Source: a virus. From it: a stretch of DNA of 64,000 bases. The notes under the pieces are model-generated. The model was not told the origin of the DNA. It searched no databases and worked only from the letters and a program-made list of their open reading frames with translations. The stretch spans positions 1-64,000 of IMG/VR virus record IMGVR_UViG_3300015242_000020, one strand, 5' to 3'. A program made the position numbers and the translations under genes. Below, piece by piece: positions 28,894 to 38,712 of the stretch (position 1 is the stretch's first letter; each line of letters begins with the position of its first letter).

Positions 28894-31704
28894 TTAGTTC
28901 CCCGTAGCCGACGGGTATTGGCTGGGGTCGGGCAGGAATGCCGGTGCCGGCACGCCGTTGCGGTTGGCCTGATCGATACTCGCACCGCCGGAGGCAGCAA
29001 AGGTGAACCATCGCGCCAGCTCGTCGCTCGGCTTGATCGTGACCTCGCCGGACCCCGCCGTGGTGCTGACGTCCTTGGCTCCCTTGGGTGCCTTACGTCC
29101 GGCCGACTTGGTCGTGGTGAGACTGCCGCCAGTGCCCGGCGTATTCAGCTCATCGGCACCAGAGAGTTCATTGCCGGTATCGGCATCCCGCACATTGCCG
29201 GTGACGAGCTGGTCCTTATAGGAGTTGAACAGCTCCTGGTAGCTGACCTCTTTCTCACCCGAACTGGTATCGACAATGAAATGCTTGTTCTTGTAGGACT
29301 TCTCATTCTTCAGCAGCGCCTCGGCGATCGCGCTGCGCTTACCGGTGGAGTTGACCATCTGCACGTACTTCTCGGCCTCGCCCGACTTGGTGCCGGCCGC
29401 CGAGTACAGCTCCTGGGTCTGCTTGCTGAGGGCGATCTCTCCCTTGCTCGCATTGGCCGGCGTCAATCCCGCTGCGCCGATGCCCTTGCCTTGGGAGGTC
29501 GCCGAGTTCGTCTGTCCGGTCGACTGACCGGTGACGATCTTCTGGCCGTTGATCTCGGTGGGGTGGTTCGCGGCCTCGCCACCGGAGGCCTGCTTGTTGG
29601 CCTCGGCAGTGGCACCGATATCGCCACCATTGAGCGCGAGCGCACCGAGCATCTGCATGGCCTTGTCCTGGCTCCAGGTGCCCAGACCCAGGGTGGAGGC
29701 CATGCTGATCACCGTGTTCGGCGACAGCTGCCGCTCCTGCACGATCTGCAGCGCCACCTGCTTCTGATCGGACGAGCCGGCGATGTACTTGCCCGTCGAC
29801 TTGTCCTGAGACAGGTTCAGGCTGCCCGCGATCTGCTGGGCCATGTCGGTGAGGTCTTGGCCGCCCAGGTCCTGCCATAGCGTGCGGTAGCTGCCCTCGG
29901 TGACCTGGCCCTGCACCCGGGTGCCGGCGGCGCCACCCACCGCGACCTGGGCCTGGGCGTTGATCGGATTCAGACCGGCCGCCGTGGCACCGATCATGAA
30001 ACCCTGCCCCTGGGTGGTGCCCAGAAAGTTCTCCGAGGTCAGCCCGGCCGAGCGCCCCCACGAGGTCTGCAGGTTGGTGAAGGTCGAGGCGATCTGACTG
30101 GCGGTGGCGCCCGAGCCGGTGGTGTTGCCCAGCAACATTCCATACATCTGGGAGAAGTTCTTGATCGCCATCATCGAGTTTTCCCCGGCACCCTTGGCGG
30201 TGTCGGAGACGGAAGTGATGGCGGTGTTGAGGTTGTTGAAGCTGTCCACTCCGTGCTCGATGTTGGTCCGGATCAGGTTCATCGAGTCGGCCACGTCCAT
30301 GCCGGTCTTCCGGTACTGGTGGACAGCGAAGTCCAACGCGCCAGACTGTGCCCCCCGGGACTCTTCTGTCTGCCCCGGTGCGCTGGCGATGACGCCCTGG
30401 TAGATCTCGCGGGCGGTCGAGCCGGGCATCGTGAGCATGTTGCGCAGGGAGAAGCCCTCCTGCCCGATCCGGTTGGAGAATGCCGAGCTGAAGCTGCCGC
30501 CGGTGGCCTGCTGAAAGGACTGGTTCAGCTGGCGTTGCCGCTGCATCTGGTGCACGCCCATCACGGCACCACCCACAATCAGGCCACCGGGGCCCTCCAG
30601 TGGCCCCAAGAGGGCTCCCATCCGGCCTTCAGAAGCAAAGCTGCCGAGCTTGCCGCCCAGGCCGGACACAGTGCCCTGAACGCCCCGTGAGATCGGGCCT
30701 GCTTCGGCCCGAGTGAAGTCCTCCGGTCCAGGCCCGGTGGGGACCTTGCGGTAGACCTTGGTGATGTTCCCGCTCTCGTCGGTGTCGTAATCGAAATGCC
30801 GCGACTCATAGTCCGACAGCCGCTGCGAGAGGTGGCCAGACACTGCCTGTGCCACACCCGGAATCGACAGGTCAGCGCGGCCTCCTCCCGAGGACCGTCT
30901 CACCGGGGCGCCATGGGCTCCTCCAGGATGAGCAGTCGGGCCGGCTGGACCGGCTGGTCCACGCTGATGCTGCGGTATGGGCCCCAGCGGCTCCTGCTGA
31001 ACGTCAGGCGGGATCGGCCCTGAGGTCATGCCACCGCTGCGAGTGGCATACGGTTCGGACATTCCGGCCGGGAGCTGCTGGCCAGCTCGCCGACCGAACC
31101 TCTGATGGCCAGTAGTGATCGTCGCTGCCGCCGGGGAGGGGGTGGCCTCAGGAGCGTCGGGTGGATGGGCATCAGTAGCCGTGTCCGCGTCCTGAGCGCC
31201 CTGCTGCGCGACCTTCCCCTCATCAACGGGGTGAGTGCCCTCACCGAGCCGGTGTCGGCCGCCTCCGGCCGCCTGAGCGGCTCCCGGACCCAGCTCGTTC
31301 TTGATCTGGGTGAGGATGTGGTCGATCGACTGGGTCTGCAGCGCGGTCATCTCGGCGGTGTGCCGGCGCATCTCGGAGAAGTCCTTGGTGATCTCCTTGG
31401 TCTGCGCGCGCATCGTGTCGTGCATCTGGCTCAGGATCTGGGTGGAAAGCATGTTCTGGTCGGCCTGCTGCTGCAGCAGCTGCTGCAGAGCATTCATCGA
31501 GTCGGTCATCGGGGTGTTGCCGATCGAGCCCATGATCCCGGCCGGCGTCGCAGCGGGCAGCATCCCTGAGGGCATGTAGACCATCTGGTTGGTGGGGGAC
31601 TGCTGGGCGGAGTTCTGCGGCGAGGAGGAGTAGATCGGGACCCCGTCGGGGCCGACCACCTGCGGGCCGAAGCCAGCAGTCAGCGGAGGCAGCGGCCCAG
31701 TCAC
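28894..31704 (-). CDS. tape measure protein
   Basis: 936 aa, Ala/Gly/Gln-rich, directly after the tail chaperones. Confidence 0.75.
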   Translation of the reverse strand: MTGPLPPLTAGFGPQVVGPDGVPIYSSSPQNSAQQSPTNQMVYMPSGMLPAATPAGIMGSIGNTPMTDSMNALQQLLQQQADQNMLSTQILSQMHDTMRAQTKEITKDFSEMRRHTAEMTALQTQSIDHILTQIKNELGPGAAQAAGGGRHRLGEGTHPVDEGKVAQQGAQDADTATDAHPPDAPEATPSPAAATITTGHQRFGRRAGQQLPAGMSEPYATRSGGMTSGPIPPDVQQEPLGPIPQHQRGPAGPAGPTAHPGGAHGAPVRRSSGGGRADLSIPGVAQAVSGHLSQRLSDYESRHFDYDTDESGNITKVYRKVPTGPGPEDFTRAEAGPISRGVQGTVSGLGGKLGSFASEGRMGALLGPLEGPGGLIVGGAVMGVHQMQRQRQLNQSFQQATGGSFSSAFSNRIGQEGFSLRNMLTMPGSTAREIYQGVIASAPGQTEESRGAQSGALDFAVHQYRKTGMDVADSMNLIRTNIEHGVDSFNNLNTAITSVSDTAKGAGENSMMAIKNFSQMYGMLLGNTTGSGATASQIASTFTNLQTSWGRSAGLTSENFLGTTQGQGFMIGATAAGLNPINAQAQVAVGGAAGTRVQGQVTEGSYRTLWQDLGGQDLTDMAQQIAGSLNLSQDKSTGKYIAGSSDQKQVALQIVQERQLSPNTVISMASTLGLGTWSQDKAMQMLGALALNGGDIGATAEANKQASGGEAANHPTEINGQKIVTGQSTGQTNSATSQGKGIGAAGLTPANASKGEIALSKQTQELYSAAGTKSGEAEKYVQMVNSTGKRSAIAEALLKNEKSYKNKHFIVDTSSGEKEVSYQELFNSYKDQLVTGNVRDADTGNELSGADELNTPGTGGSLTTTKSAGRKAPKGAKDVSTTAGSGEVTIKPSDELARWFTFAASGGASIDQANRNGVPAPAFLPDPSQYPSATGN

Positions 31705-32138
31705 GGGGTATGTCCATTCAGCTTGGGCGCCAGGTCAGCCCCGGTGATCTGCCCGGTCATGTGCTGCGCCATCCACTGCTCGATCCCGAGCCGCTCCTCT
31801 GGCGAGGGCGGTGGCAGGTCAGCTTCCTTCTCCTGCGACAGCTCCTCGGAGTTTCCGGAGATCCCCAGCTCGGGGATGAACTTGTCCAGCATGCCGACGG
31901 GGTCGGGCATGCGGGCGGCCACCGTAGCCAGGAAGCCATGCCAAAAGTCCTCGGCGTGCTCCCGGGCCTTCTTGCCGCGCTCGATCAGGTTGCGGTTGTG
32001 ATCCAGCAGCACCAAGGTCTCCACCGCACACTCCTGGATCGGGTTGATCCGGTACCCGGTCAACAGTCCGCGTCGCTCGGCTAGCCGAAATTGATGCTCC
32101 AAATAGGGATCAATGCCGTCTAGCCGGAAGGTTTTCCC
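31701..32138 (-). CDS. tail assembly chaperone, frameshift (GT) extension
   Basis: The -1 frame from the slippery site reads KTFRLDGIDPYLEHQF into ORF 31701-32102. Confidence 0.75.
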   Translation of the reverse strand, partial: GKTFRLDGIDPYLEHQFRLAERRGLLTGYRINPIQECAVETLVLLDHNRNLIERGKKAREHAEDFWHGFLATVAARMPDPVGMLDKFIPELGISGNSEELSQEKEADLPPPSPEERLGIEQWMAQHMTGQITGADLAPKLNGHTP

Positions 32139-32653
32139 AGTTCATCGATCAGCTCCCGCACCGTGGACTCCAGCTCGTAAAACTGGGTGAAGACGTAATC
32201 GATGGTCGGTGCGAACCAGCGATACATCACGTACTCGAACCGGGCCGCAATGTTGGTGTCGTTCTCCCCGTTGCTGATCGGCATCACCGGGAGGTCTTTG
32301 CCATCGACGGAGATGATGCAGGCGGCCACTGTGGCCGCCTGATATGCCTTGGCGGCGAAGTCGGTGTCTCGGTAGCGGCCGGCGGCCACCGCGATCTCGG
32401 CGTACTCCCCCACGTTGAGGGTCCGAATGACGAACCGGTGTCCCATCCACTCGAAGCTTTTCTTCAACGCGCCCAGAAATAGCAGTCCGTTGAGGTCGTC
32501 TCGGTAGCGATCGTCGAACCGGGGAATCTCCGTCTCGGTGGGGGCAGGAGCCACCTCATCGCCACTCTCCAGCCCCGAGAGCGGGGCTACCAGGGTGGGA
32601 TCGAGGGTGTCGTACATCGCCTGGTCCGGCGACGGCTCCTCCGAGACCGGCAT
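32120..32653 (-). CDS. tail assembly chaperone (G)
   Basis: Between tube and tape measure; ends LGKPSG. Confidence 0.8.
   Translation of the reverse strand: MPVSEEPSPDQAMYDTLDPTLVAPLSGLESGDEVAPAPTETEIPRFDDRYRDDLNGLLFLGALKKSFEWMGHRFVIRTLNVGEYAEIAVAAGRYRDTDFAAKAYQAATVAACIISVDGKDLPVMPISNGENDTNIAARFEYVMYRWFAPTIDYVFTQFYELESTVRELIDELGKPSG
32132..32138 (-). other. -1 programmed frameshift site GGGAAAA
   Basis: CTG GGA AAA just before the stop of the G chaperone. Confidence 0.8.
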
Positions 32654-32677
32654 ATTTCTATCTCCTTGATAAACGGA

Positions 32678-33199
32678 CTAAAGAGCCGTTGTATGGGTAT
32701 AAGCAATAGTAATGGTCTTAGCGACCGAAAGTGCGCCGATCTGGACGGTGTCCCCGTCCTCGACGTTGACGATCGTGCAGCGGTGGTAGACCTTGCCGTA
32801 GCGCGAGCCCGAGCCCGACGGCGGCGTGATGATCTTCGTGCAGGTGACGTATTGCGGGGTCTGCGCCAGCTTCTTGAAGATGTCCACGATGGTCTTGGTG
32901 CCTGCCAGACCCTGCATCTGCTCCCAGACCTCTTTGTTCCACAGCTCGCGGATCGAGAGCGTCAACGTGCCGCCATCGAGCACCCGGGAGGTGACGATGT
33001 CGGTGGGCACCTCATACCCCAGCGGGTGGATGAACTCGTAGCCGGCACCGCCGGTGGACAGCGCCCGCTGCCCGGAGTCCTGAACGCCCTCCAGGTAGGC
33101 AATCGGCTTGCCCTGATATTGGAAGGTCGTGTAGTTGGACCCGACGGTACGGACGCCGGTCTGCCTGGTGTCGCTCGGCACCACGCCTGGTGAAGTCAT
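32678..33199 (-). CDS. tail tube protein
   Basis: Immediately after the sheath; size and beta-rich pattern fit. Confidence 0.8.
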   Translation of the reverse strand: MTSPGVVPSDTRQTGVRTVGSNYTTFQYQGKPIAYLEGVQDSGQRALSTGGAGYEFIHPLGYEVPTDIVTSRVLDGGTLTLSIRELWNKEVWEQMQGLAGTKTIVDIFKKLAQTPQYVTCTKIITPPSGSGSRYGKVYHRCTIVNVEDGDTVQIGALSVAKTITIAYTHTTAL

Positions 33200-33210
33200 T
33201 GTTCAGCCCC

Positions 33211-34719
33211 TCAGGAGGTCGTCGAGCCGGACGTCGTACTGGTGGCCTCAGTACTGGTCAAGCCGGTCGTGGTGTCGATCGAGAACACGATCGAGATGTA
33301 GTTGATCGGGTAGGCCGGCTGGTAGGCGAACTCGACTTCCATCACCGAGGGATTCACCGACTCCTGCCGTACCGCCAGGCCGGTGTAGCCCAAGATGGCG
33401 CCCTGCAGGCTGGCGTGCTCCAGCAGACCGGCGACCACCGCCTTGATCGAGTCCGGGGTGTCGGCGGTGATCGGGGTCCCGATCAGGCCAGCCTGGTCCG
33501 TGCCGATCTGGATGAGCTGCAGCAGGTAGTCGTTGGTCCGGACCAGCGAGATCTCCCCGGAGGTGAGGTTGGTCGGCCCCATCGTGGTGACCCCGTGCCG
33601 GCACACCGTGTTGCCCAGCCGGTCAGCCTCGGTGATGGCCACGCCACCGGAGGCGTAGCGGTTCTTCAGGCTGGCCGAGACCGGGATACCACCCAGACCG
33701 GCGAAGGACCGGATGACCTGCTTGGTGAGGCCCTGCTGCACCGGCAGTGCGGAGAGCAAGCCGGCATAGGCGGCAGCGAGGTACTGGTGGCCCAGTGTCA
33801 GGTTCTGATTCGCCGAACCGTTGTAGTAGGCCATGCCTTGGGGGCAGGCGTAGGCGAGCACCATCCGGGAATCGGAGAAGCTGCCGGCGGAGATGATCTG
33901 ATCCGGCGCGGTGGCCACGGTGGGGTCAAACCCCAGCAGCCCCATCCGGTAGTAGCCATCGGCGGAGGAGGTCTCGACGTGGGCCCGCAGGTCGTTGCCG
34001 GCAGCGGCCGTGTCGGAGTCCTGCAGGCCATCGGTGACCGGGACGATCAGCGCGGCGGAGTAGTTGGTGGCGATCTTCACGTAGGCGTCAGACAGTGCCG
34101 ATCGCTGCGCGGCGGAGATGGCCGCCGGATCGGTCAGGGAGGGATCCGGTGGTGTGGCGGCGCACAGGATCAGTTCGCCGGCACCGTTCTCGAAGGCGAT
34201 CTTGGCGGCCAGCGAGATCGGAGAGGTCACCGGCACGTAGCTGGTGTCCCCGGCGGTGGGCGCGGTCAGCGCGAGCGGCTCGCCGAAGACGGCCTTGACG
34301 TCGCCGAAGTTGTCCAGCACACGCGGCATGTAGTAATCCGGCGTGGTGTAGCGGTAGCTGATTGTGCACAAGGTGTCGGCGGTCAGCGCGCCACCGATCA
34401 CCCGAGCCACCGTGACGTGGTAGGTCTGCCCCGAGCCGGCGCCCTGCACGGCGGTGTAGTCGGCCGAGACGGTCAGGGTGGCGCTGGTATCGGTGCGGAC
34501 CACCACGATCGAGGTCAGGTCGATGCCCTGCTGGGCGAGCTGGGCGTCGGTCGTGGTGAGCACCACCTGCTCGGTGTAGCTCTGGTAGCCGATCCCTGGC
34601 CCGACGATGGCGACGTCGCTCGGCGGGATACCGGTCGAGGTGACCTGCGTCGTCGGGGTCTCGGTCACGTACACGCCCGGTGGCGAATACCCACCGGTCA
34701 AAAACGCAGGTGTGGTCAT
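33211..34719 (-). CDS. tail sheath protein
   Basis: YSPPGVYVTE N-terminus; RHGVTT, EISLVR, YQPAYPINYI C-terminus. Confidence 0.9.
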   Translation of the reverse strand: MTTPAFLTGGYSPPGVYVTETPTTQVTSTGIPPSDVAIVGPGIGYQSYTEQVVLTTTDAQLAQQGIDLTSIVVVRTDTSATLTVSADYTAVQGAGSGQTYHVTVARVIGGALTADTLCTISYRYTTPDYYMPRVLDNFGDVKAVFGEPLALTAPTAGDTSYVPVTSPISLAAKIAFENGAGELILCAATPPDPSLTDPAAISAAQRSALSDAYVKIATNYSAALIVPVTDGLQDSDTAAAGNDLRAHVETSSADGYYRMGLLGFDPTVATAPDQIISAGSFSDSRMVLAYACPQGMAYYNGSANQNLTLGHQYLAAAYAGLLSALPVQQGLTKQVIRSFAGLGGIPVSASLKNRYASGGVAITEADRLGNTVCRHGVTTMGPTNLTSGEISLVRTNDYLLQLIQIGTDQAGLIGTPITADTPDSIKAVVAGLLEHASLQGAILGYTGLAVRQESVNPSVMEVEFAYQPAYPINYISIVFSIDTTTGLTSTEATSTTSGSTTS

Positions 34720-34749
34720 CGATCCGGACTCCCTGTCGACGAGGCTTCT

Positions 34750-34787
34750 CTACCTCTTCAACCGGCCGCCCGAATTGAGGGCACAGG
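34750..34787 (-). promoter_or_regulatory. putative late promoter CCTG-N25-AAGAGGTAG
   Basis: Shared motif. Confidence 0.6.
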
Positions 34788-34825
34788 GGGAGACTCAGGA
34801 TGGGTCAATCGCAGATATTTCTATC

Positions 34826-35455
34826 TCACTGCCAACCCGGTCCGGCCGTCTCGATCGGTGGAGTCTGACCCTCGATCCAGTCGTAGACCTTGATCGCCGA
34901 CAGCGGCACCAGCACCAGCGCCTCCGGGTCGACCCGAAAGAGCCCGGTGCAGTCCATCGAGACCGTCTGCTCGTAGACCACCTCATTGGTGCCCCAGGGG
35001 GTGCCTTGGCTCTCGGCCTTGCCGTTGACACCGAACCGGTCCCACTGCGGATCCACCGCGATCAGGTCATTGCCCAGGAGCTTCTGCCGGAACACCGCGC
35101 GCTCGGGGTTGAGCAGGCCGAAGGCCAGCACCTTGGTCATCTCATCGACCAGCCGGTCACGCTCCAGGGAGGTCAGCGCCACGCAGGTGAAGGAGATGGT
35201 GCCGCCGTAGCGAAAGACCGCCGTACGCCGAGGGTTGTCCTCCCCCTCCACCACGATCCACTCAGCATGGTTGATGCCGGCGGACTGGATCGGCTGGGTC
35301 GGAGTGAAGTCGATCCAGACCCCGGGATAGTTCGCCTGCTCCATCGGGTACTCGATCGACACGTCGACCCCGGTGAAGTCGAACTCCGGGTAGTCGCCTA
35401 CAAAGGTCGCCTGCAGGGACTCGACGAGCGCGGTCTTCAAGGAAGAGATAAACAT
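34826..35455 (-). CDS. tail terminator/neck protein
   Basis: Synteny before the sheath; SIEYPM..YPG motif. Confidence 0.65.
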   Translation of the reverse strand: MFISSLKTALVESLQATFVGDYPEFDFTGVDVSIEYPMEQANYPGVWIDFTPTQPIQSAGINHAEWIVVEGEDNPRRTAVFRYGGTISFTCVALTSLERDRLVDEMTKVLAFGLLNPERAVFRQKLLGNDLIAVDPQWDRFGVNGKAESQGTPWGTNEVVYEQTVSMDCTGLFRVDPEALVLVPLSAIKVYDWIEGQTPPIETAGPGWQ

Positions 35456-35462
35456 GGCGCTC

Positions 35463-36128
35463 CTACTTCTGGTGGATCTGCGGGTTGCCGAATCCGGAGA
35501 CGGCAGCGACGGTCAGGATCGCATGGTGCAGGAAATGCTTGGGCGTGATGCCGGGGTTGAACCAGCGGACACCAACATTGCGCACCGCGATCTTCCCACT
35601 GGAGGGTCCGGGGTATTTGACCACCTGCCGGCGGGTAATGCGCCCGGGGGCGCCCGGATAGGAGCTGGGCACGTCCACCATCTGGAAGGTGCCGCGCACC
35701 TTGCGCTTCACCGTCTTGCGATCACCCACTTTGGCGGCCCGACGGAAGATCAGCACCTGCGTCTTGCCCGACGCCGTCACGCGCACCTTGGCCGAGGGGC
35801 TCTTGCTGCGCTCCTTACCGGTCGGGTCATCGATCCACATCGGAATTGTCTTGCCGGCCAGGTTGGTCATCACCCTGGGCTTGGTGCCGGCCTCCTGATA
35901 CCAAGTCCAAGGGTCGAGCCACCGGATGCCGTAAAAGCCGGCTCCGAAATAGGTCCGCAAGTTCTGCGAGGAGTGGCCAGTCAGTTTGGGCGCGAGGTTC
36001 TGGGCGATCCTTACGGCTTGCTGCGAGAGGTCCCATGCCTGATGCTCAGGCAGCCCGTCAATAAGCACGTAGAGTCGGTCGGGGGTGTTGGCTCCCGACG
36101 TCGTGATGGACTGCCCAGGCTGGCTCAT
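35463..36128 (-). CDS. virion morphogenesis protein (HK97 gp10-like)
   Basis: APKLTG, YQEAGT and WFNPGITPKHFL. Confidence 0.65.
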   Translation of the reverse strand: MSQPGQSITTSGANTPDRLYVLIDGLPEHQAWDLSQQAVRIAQNLAPKLTGHSSQNLRTYFGAGFYGIRWLDPWTWYQEAGTKPRVMTNLAGKTIPMWIDDPTGKERSKSPSAKVRVTASGKTQVLIFRRAAKVGDRKTVKRKVRGTFQMVDVPSSYPGAPGRITRRQVVKYPGPSSGKIAVRNVGVRWFNPGITPKHFLHHAILTVAAVSGFGNPQIHQK

Positions 36129-36839
36129 CTACGGCACCAGTGGGCCATTAATTTGTTCCAGCGCACTGAAGTCCGGGGGCCAGTGAGTGCCGGTAGTCAC
36201 CCGGAGAATAGCCGAGAGCCGGTCGGCCGATGGCGGGATCATGTAGGCCACCGAGGCTGGGTCCTCCAGCCGAGCCTGGGAGATCTGGCCGGCCACCGAC
36301 TTCTGATAGTCCGGCACATCAAACCCGGACCGGATCCAGGTGCCGGACAGCTCCTCTCCCTGATACCGGCCACCATCGGCTCGGAAGACGTAGTCCCCAT
36401 GCCGGAAGGAAAAGTCCTCGGTCGTCTCGATCACCATGGCGTCGCTGGATGCCTCGCCACGGGGGGTGTGCTGGGTGTCGGTGTTGGAGTCGGTCCACAG
36501 TGACGGGCGCACGATCTGAGCCCGGATGCCCCCCTGAAAATGGGTGCCGTAGCAGTCCGGGCACTTCTCCCTGGTGGGCTGCTCGTAGGCGTGTGACATC
36601 CGGCCGAGCACCGAGTCGCTCAGCGTGCAGGTGGGGCACAGCGCCACGAGTCCCTTGTCGTAGTCCTTGGCGTACCAGAGCAGCGTGAAGACAGCGAACT
36701 CGCCCATCTGGTAGAGGGCCTCGGTATGAGAATCCCGGACCTGCTGCTGCGCCCACAGCTCGCGCTGGTCCAGCCAGGAGGTGGTCTGACCGAGAGGGAG
36801 CTGCGGCTGGGGGGATGCAATCGGGAAAGGGATAGGCAT
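36129..36839 (-). CDS. head-to-tail adaptor/closure protein
   Basis: CPTC...CPDCYGT motif; synteny. Confidence 0.7.
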   Translation of the reverse strand: MPIPFPIASPQPQLPLGQTTSWLDQRELWAQQQVRDSHTEALYQMGEFAVFTLLWYAKDYDKGLVALCPTCTLSDSVLGRMSHAYEQPTREKCPDCYGTHFQGGIRAQIVRPSLWTDSNTDTQHTPRGEASSDAMVIETTEDFSFRHGDYVFRADGGRYQGEELSGTWIRSGFDVPDYQKSVAGQISQARLEDPASVAYMIPPSADRLSAILRVTTGTHWPPDFSALEQINGPLVP

Positions 36840-36844
36840 ACGAC

Positions 36845-37315
36845 TCAGCTTTCCAGCTCGATGTTGTACGACATATTGGCGGGAATTGTCGCCCCGGTGA
36901 CTACCCGGAGCACGGTCGTCACCGACGGAGGACAGTAAACCTCACGTCCGAGTGGCCACAGGAATGGCAGTGCACTGGCGTACCAATTCTTGATAACCCT
37001 CAAGGTTCCCGTGTTGATTACAGCCTCAGCGGTAAACGCCCCCACCGTTACCGTAGCCCCGGGGAAAGCAATGCTCTGACCTTCTCCATTTAGCCTGTCT
37101 GGGGTGAAAGCCGTACCGCCGGTCGCTGCGGTAAACGTGCTCGTGAACCGGACGATCTGGACCAGTGGCAGCGTAGTTTTGGAGACGTCGTCGATACCCA
37201 CGTCACAAACGACGATTCGACAGGCTTGCGTAGAGGATGTGACCACTTGGGCAAAAGCCTTGGTCGACGAGGCAGTCAGCGCGAATGAACCGGCTACCGA
37301 GTAGGTCTCAGCCAT
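36845..37315 (-). CDS. hypothetical virion accessory protein
   Basis: AGGAG RBS; beta-rich. Confidence 0.65.
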   Translation of the reverse strand: MAETYSVAGSFALTASSTKAFAQVVTSSTQACRIVVCDVGIDDVSKTTLPLVQIVRFTSTFTAATGGTAFTPDRLNGEGQSIAFPGATVTVGAFTAEAVINTGTLRVIKNWYASALPFLWPLGREVYCPPSVTTVLRVVTGATIPANMSYNIELES

Positions 37316-37329
37316 GAAAGTATTGCTCC

Positions 37330-38712
37330 TTACCAGGTAGACGATCGGAAATGTGCTACAGGAGAGATGGGAATACGCCGTGGTGAGACAGCTGCTACAG
37401 CAGCTGCCTTGATCTCCATCAGCGCCATGTTGTAGTTCTCAGCCGCAGGCGCGGTGAGGTTCATGGTTTGCGATCCGGCAGCACCAGCCACCAGAAGACG
37501 CCAAAAGTGCGCGGTGTAATTACTGGCATCATTGAAGTCATCGACCATATATTGCCCGGAGCCCACAGTGCCCAAGCCGGTCGCCCCCCAGTCCGCTACC
37601 ATCGCCAAAACTTGGGAATTGTTGGCGATGGTCAAACTTCCCGATGGAAGACCCGAGGCATTCGCCGCAGCACTGATAGCCCCCGTGTAGGTGGCTCCCT
37701 CATCATGAGTGACCTGCACCAAATGCGCGCGCACAATCCAGGACACGGTGGTGGCGCCGGCATTGGGTGTCACCGTGACGGTGATGGCGCTCGTTCCAGT
37801 GGTGTACGCCTCCCAAATCTCCGCGCTCGTACCGGTCGACCCAGCCCCGCCAGTTGAGCCCGCGTTCAGACTCTTCCACGGTCTCTTCGTCCAGGTGAGC
37901 GCTCCATCAGCTACCGAAGTGATCGTGGCATCACCGGCCGAAGGCTTGTTCGCCCCAACTGCCACCAGGAGTCGAGTGCCTGCGCCCCCTCCGCGAGGAA
38001 TGAACGTAAAGGTTGCCGTGGTGGAGGAAGTGGTGGTAGTGGGAGCTAGCGAACAGTCCAGATCGAGCAGCACGCTGGCGGTATCAGCCACGACGTCGAT
38101 CGCAATGATGCCCCAAAAGTCTGAGGTCAGAGTGTGGGTCATCGTGACGGTGCTGGCTCCGGAGGCGCTGGCCATGGCAGCGCAGCCGCCGCCGGAAAGG
38201 GTGGAGAAGTTGTCCAACCACCGCTGAGTGTTTCCAGTGGCCGAGATAGCACTTCCACAGGACGCCGAGCTGAGCACCATATTGCCGGTCTGACTCGGAA
38301 TGGTCAGCGACATCGAGGTGCTATTGCCATACGCGGTATTGGCGTTGCGATAGGGCTGGGTCTGGTGCACTCCTGAAAAGCTGACTGATCCGCCCACGAT
38401 GCTGGTGATCGATTTATTGACCGTGACCACCACGTTGTGCGCACCGCTGGGCGGGTTGATCATCATGAACAGTTCGGCGTATCCAGAGCCGCTCCCGTTC
38501 GCCGCACACCGGCCGATCGACGTCATGGCGACACCGTTGTAAGTGGCTGTGGTCGTCACCGTCAGATCGGCGGTCCCCATACCGGTGTCAGCAGCGGCAA
38601 ACAGCGCCATGTTGGTGCCCGCACCCACGGTGTGGGACCAGGTCAGTGAGGATGCGGTCAACGCGCCGGTGCCCGATGAGCTAGGTCCGACCGCATCAAA
38701 GGCGACGCTCAT
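37330..38712 (-). CDS. putative fiber/carbohydrate-binding protein with two beta domains
   Basis: LTWSHTV, ATYNGVAMT, NPPSGAHNVVV and FSGVHQ. Confidence 0.65.
   Translation of the reverse strand: MSVAFDAVGPSSSGTGALTASSLTWSHTVGAGTNMALFAAADTGMGTADLTVTTTATYNGVAMTSIGRCAANGSGSGYAELFMMINPPSGAHNVVVTVNKSITSIVGGSVSFSGVHQTQPYRNANTAYGNSTSMSLTIPSQTGNMVLSSASCGSAISATGNTQRWLDNFSTLSGGGCAAMASASGASTVTMTHTLTSDFWGIIAIDVVADTASVLLDLDCSLAPTTTTSSTTATFTFIPRGGGAGTRLLVAVGANKPSAGDATITSVADGALTWTKRPWKSLNAGSTGGAGSTGTSAEIWEAYTTGTSAITVTVTPNAGATTVSWIVRAHLVQVTHDEGATYTGAISAAANASGLPSGSLTIANNSQVLAMVADWGATGLGTVGSGQYMVDDFNDASNYTAHFWRLLVAGAAGSQTMNLTAPAAENYNMALMEIKAAAVAAVSPRRIPISPVAHFRSSTW

Noticed and set aside
14716-34893. Long plus-strand ORFs (14716-16554, 16926-19253, 22420-23754, 27817-29880, 33190-34893)
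   Set aside because: Antisense shadows of well-supported minus-strand genes, typical of high-GC codon bias.
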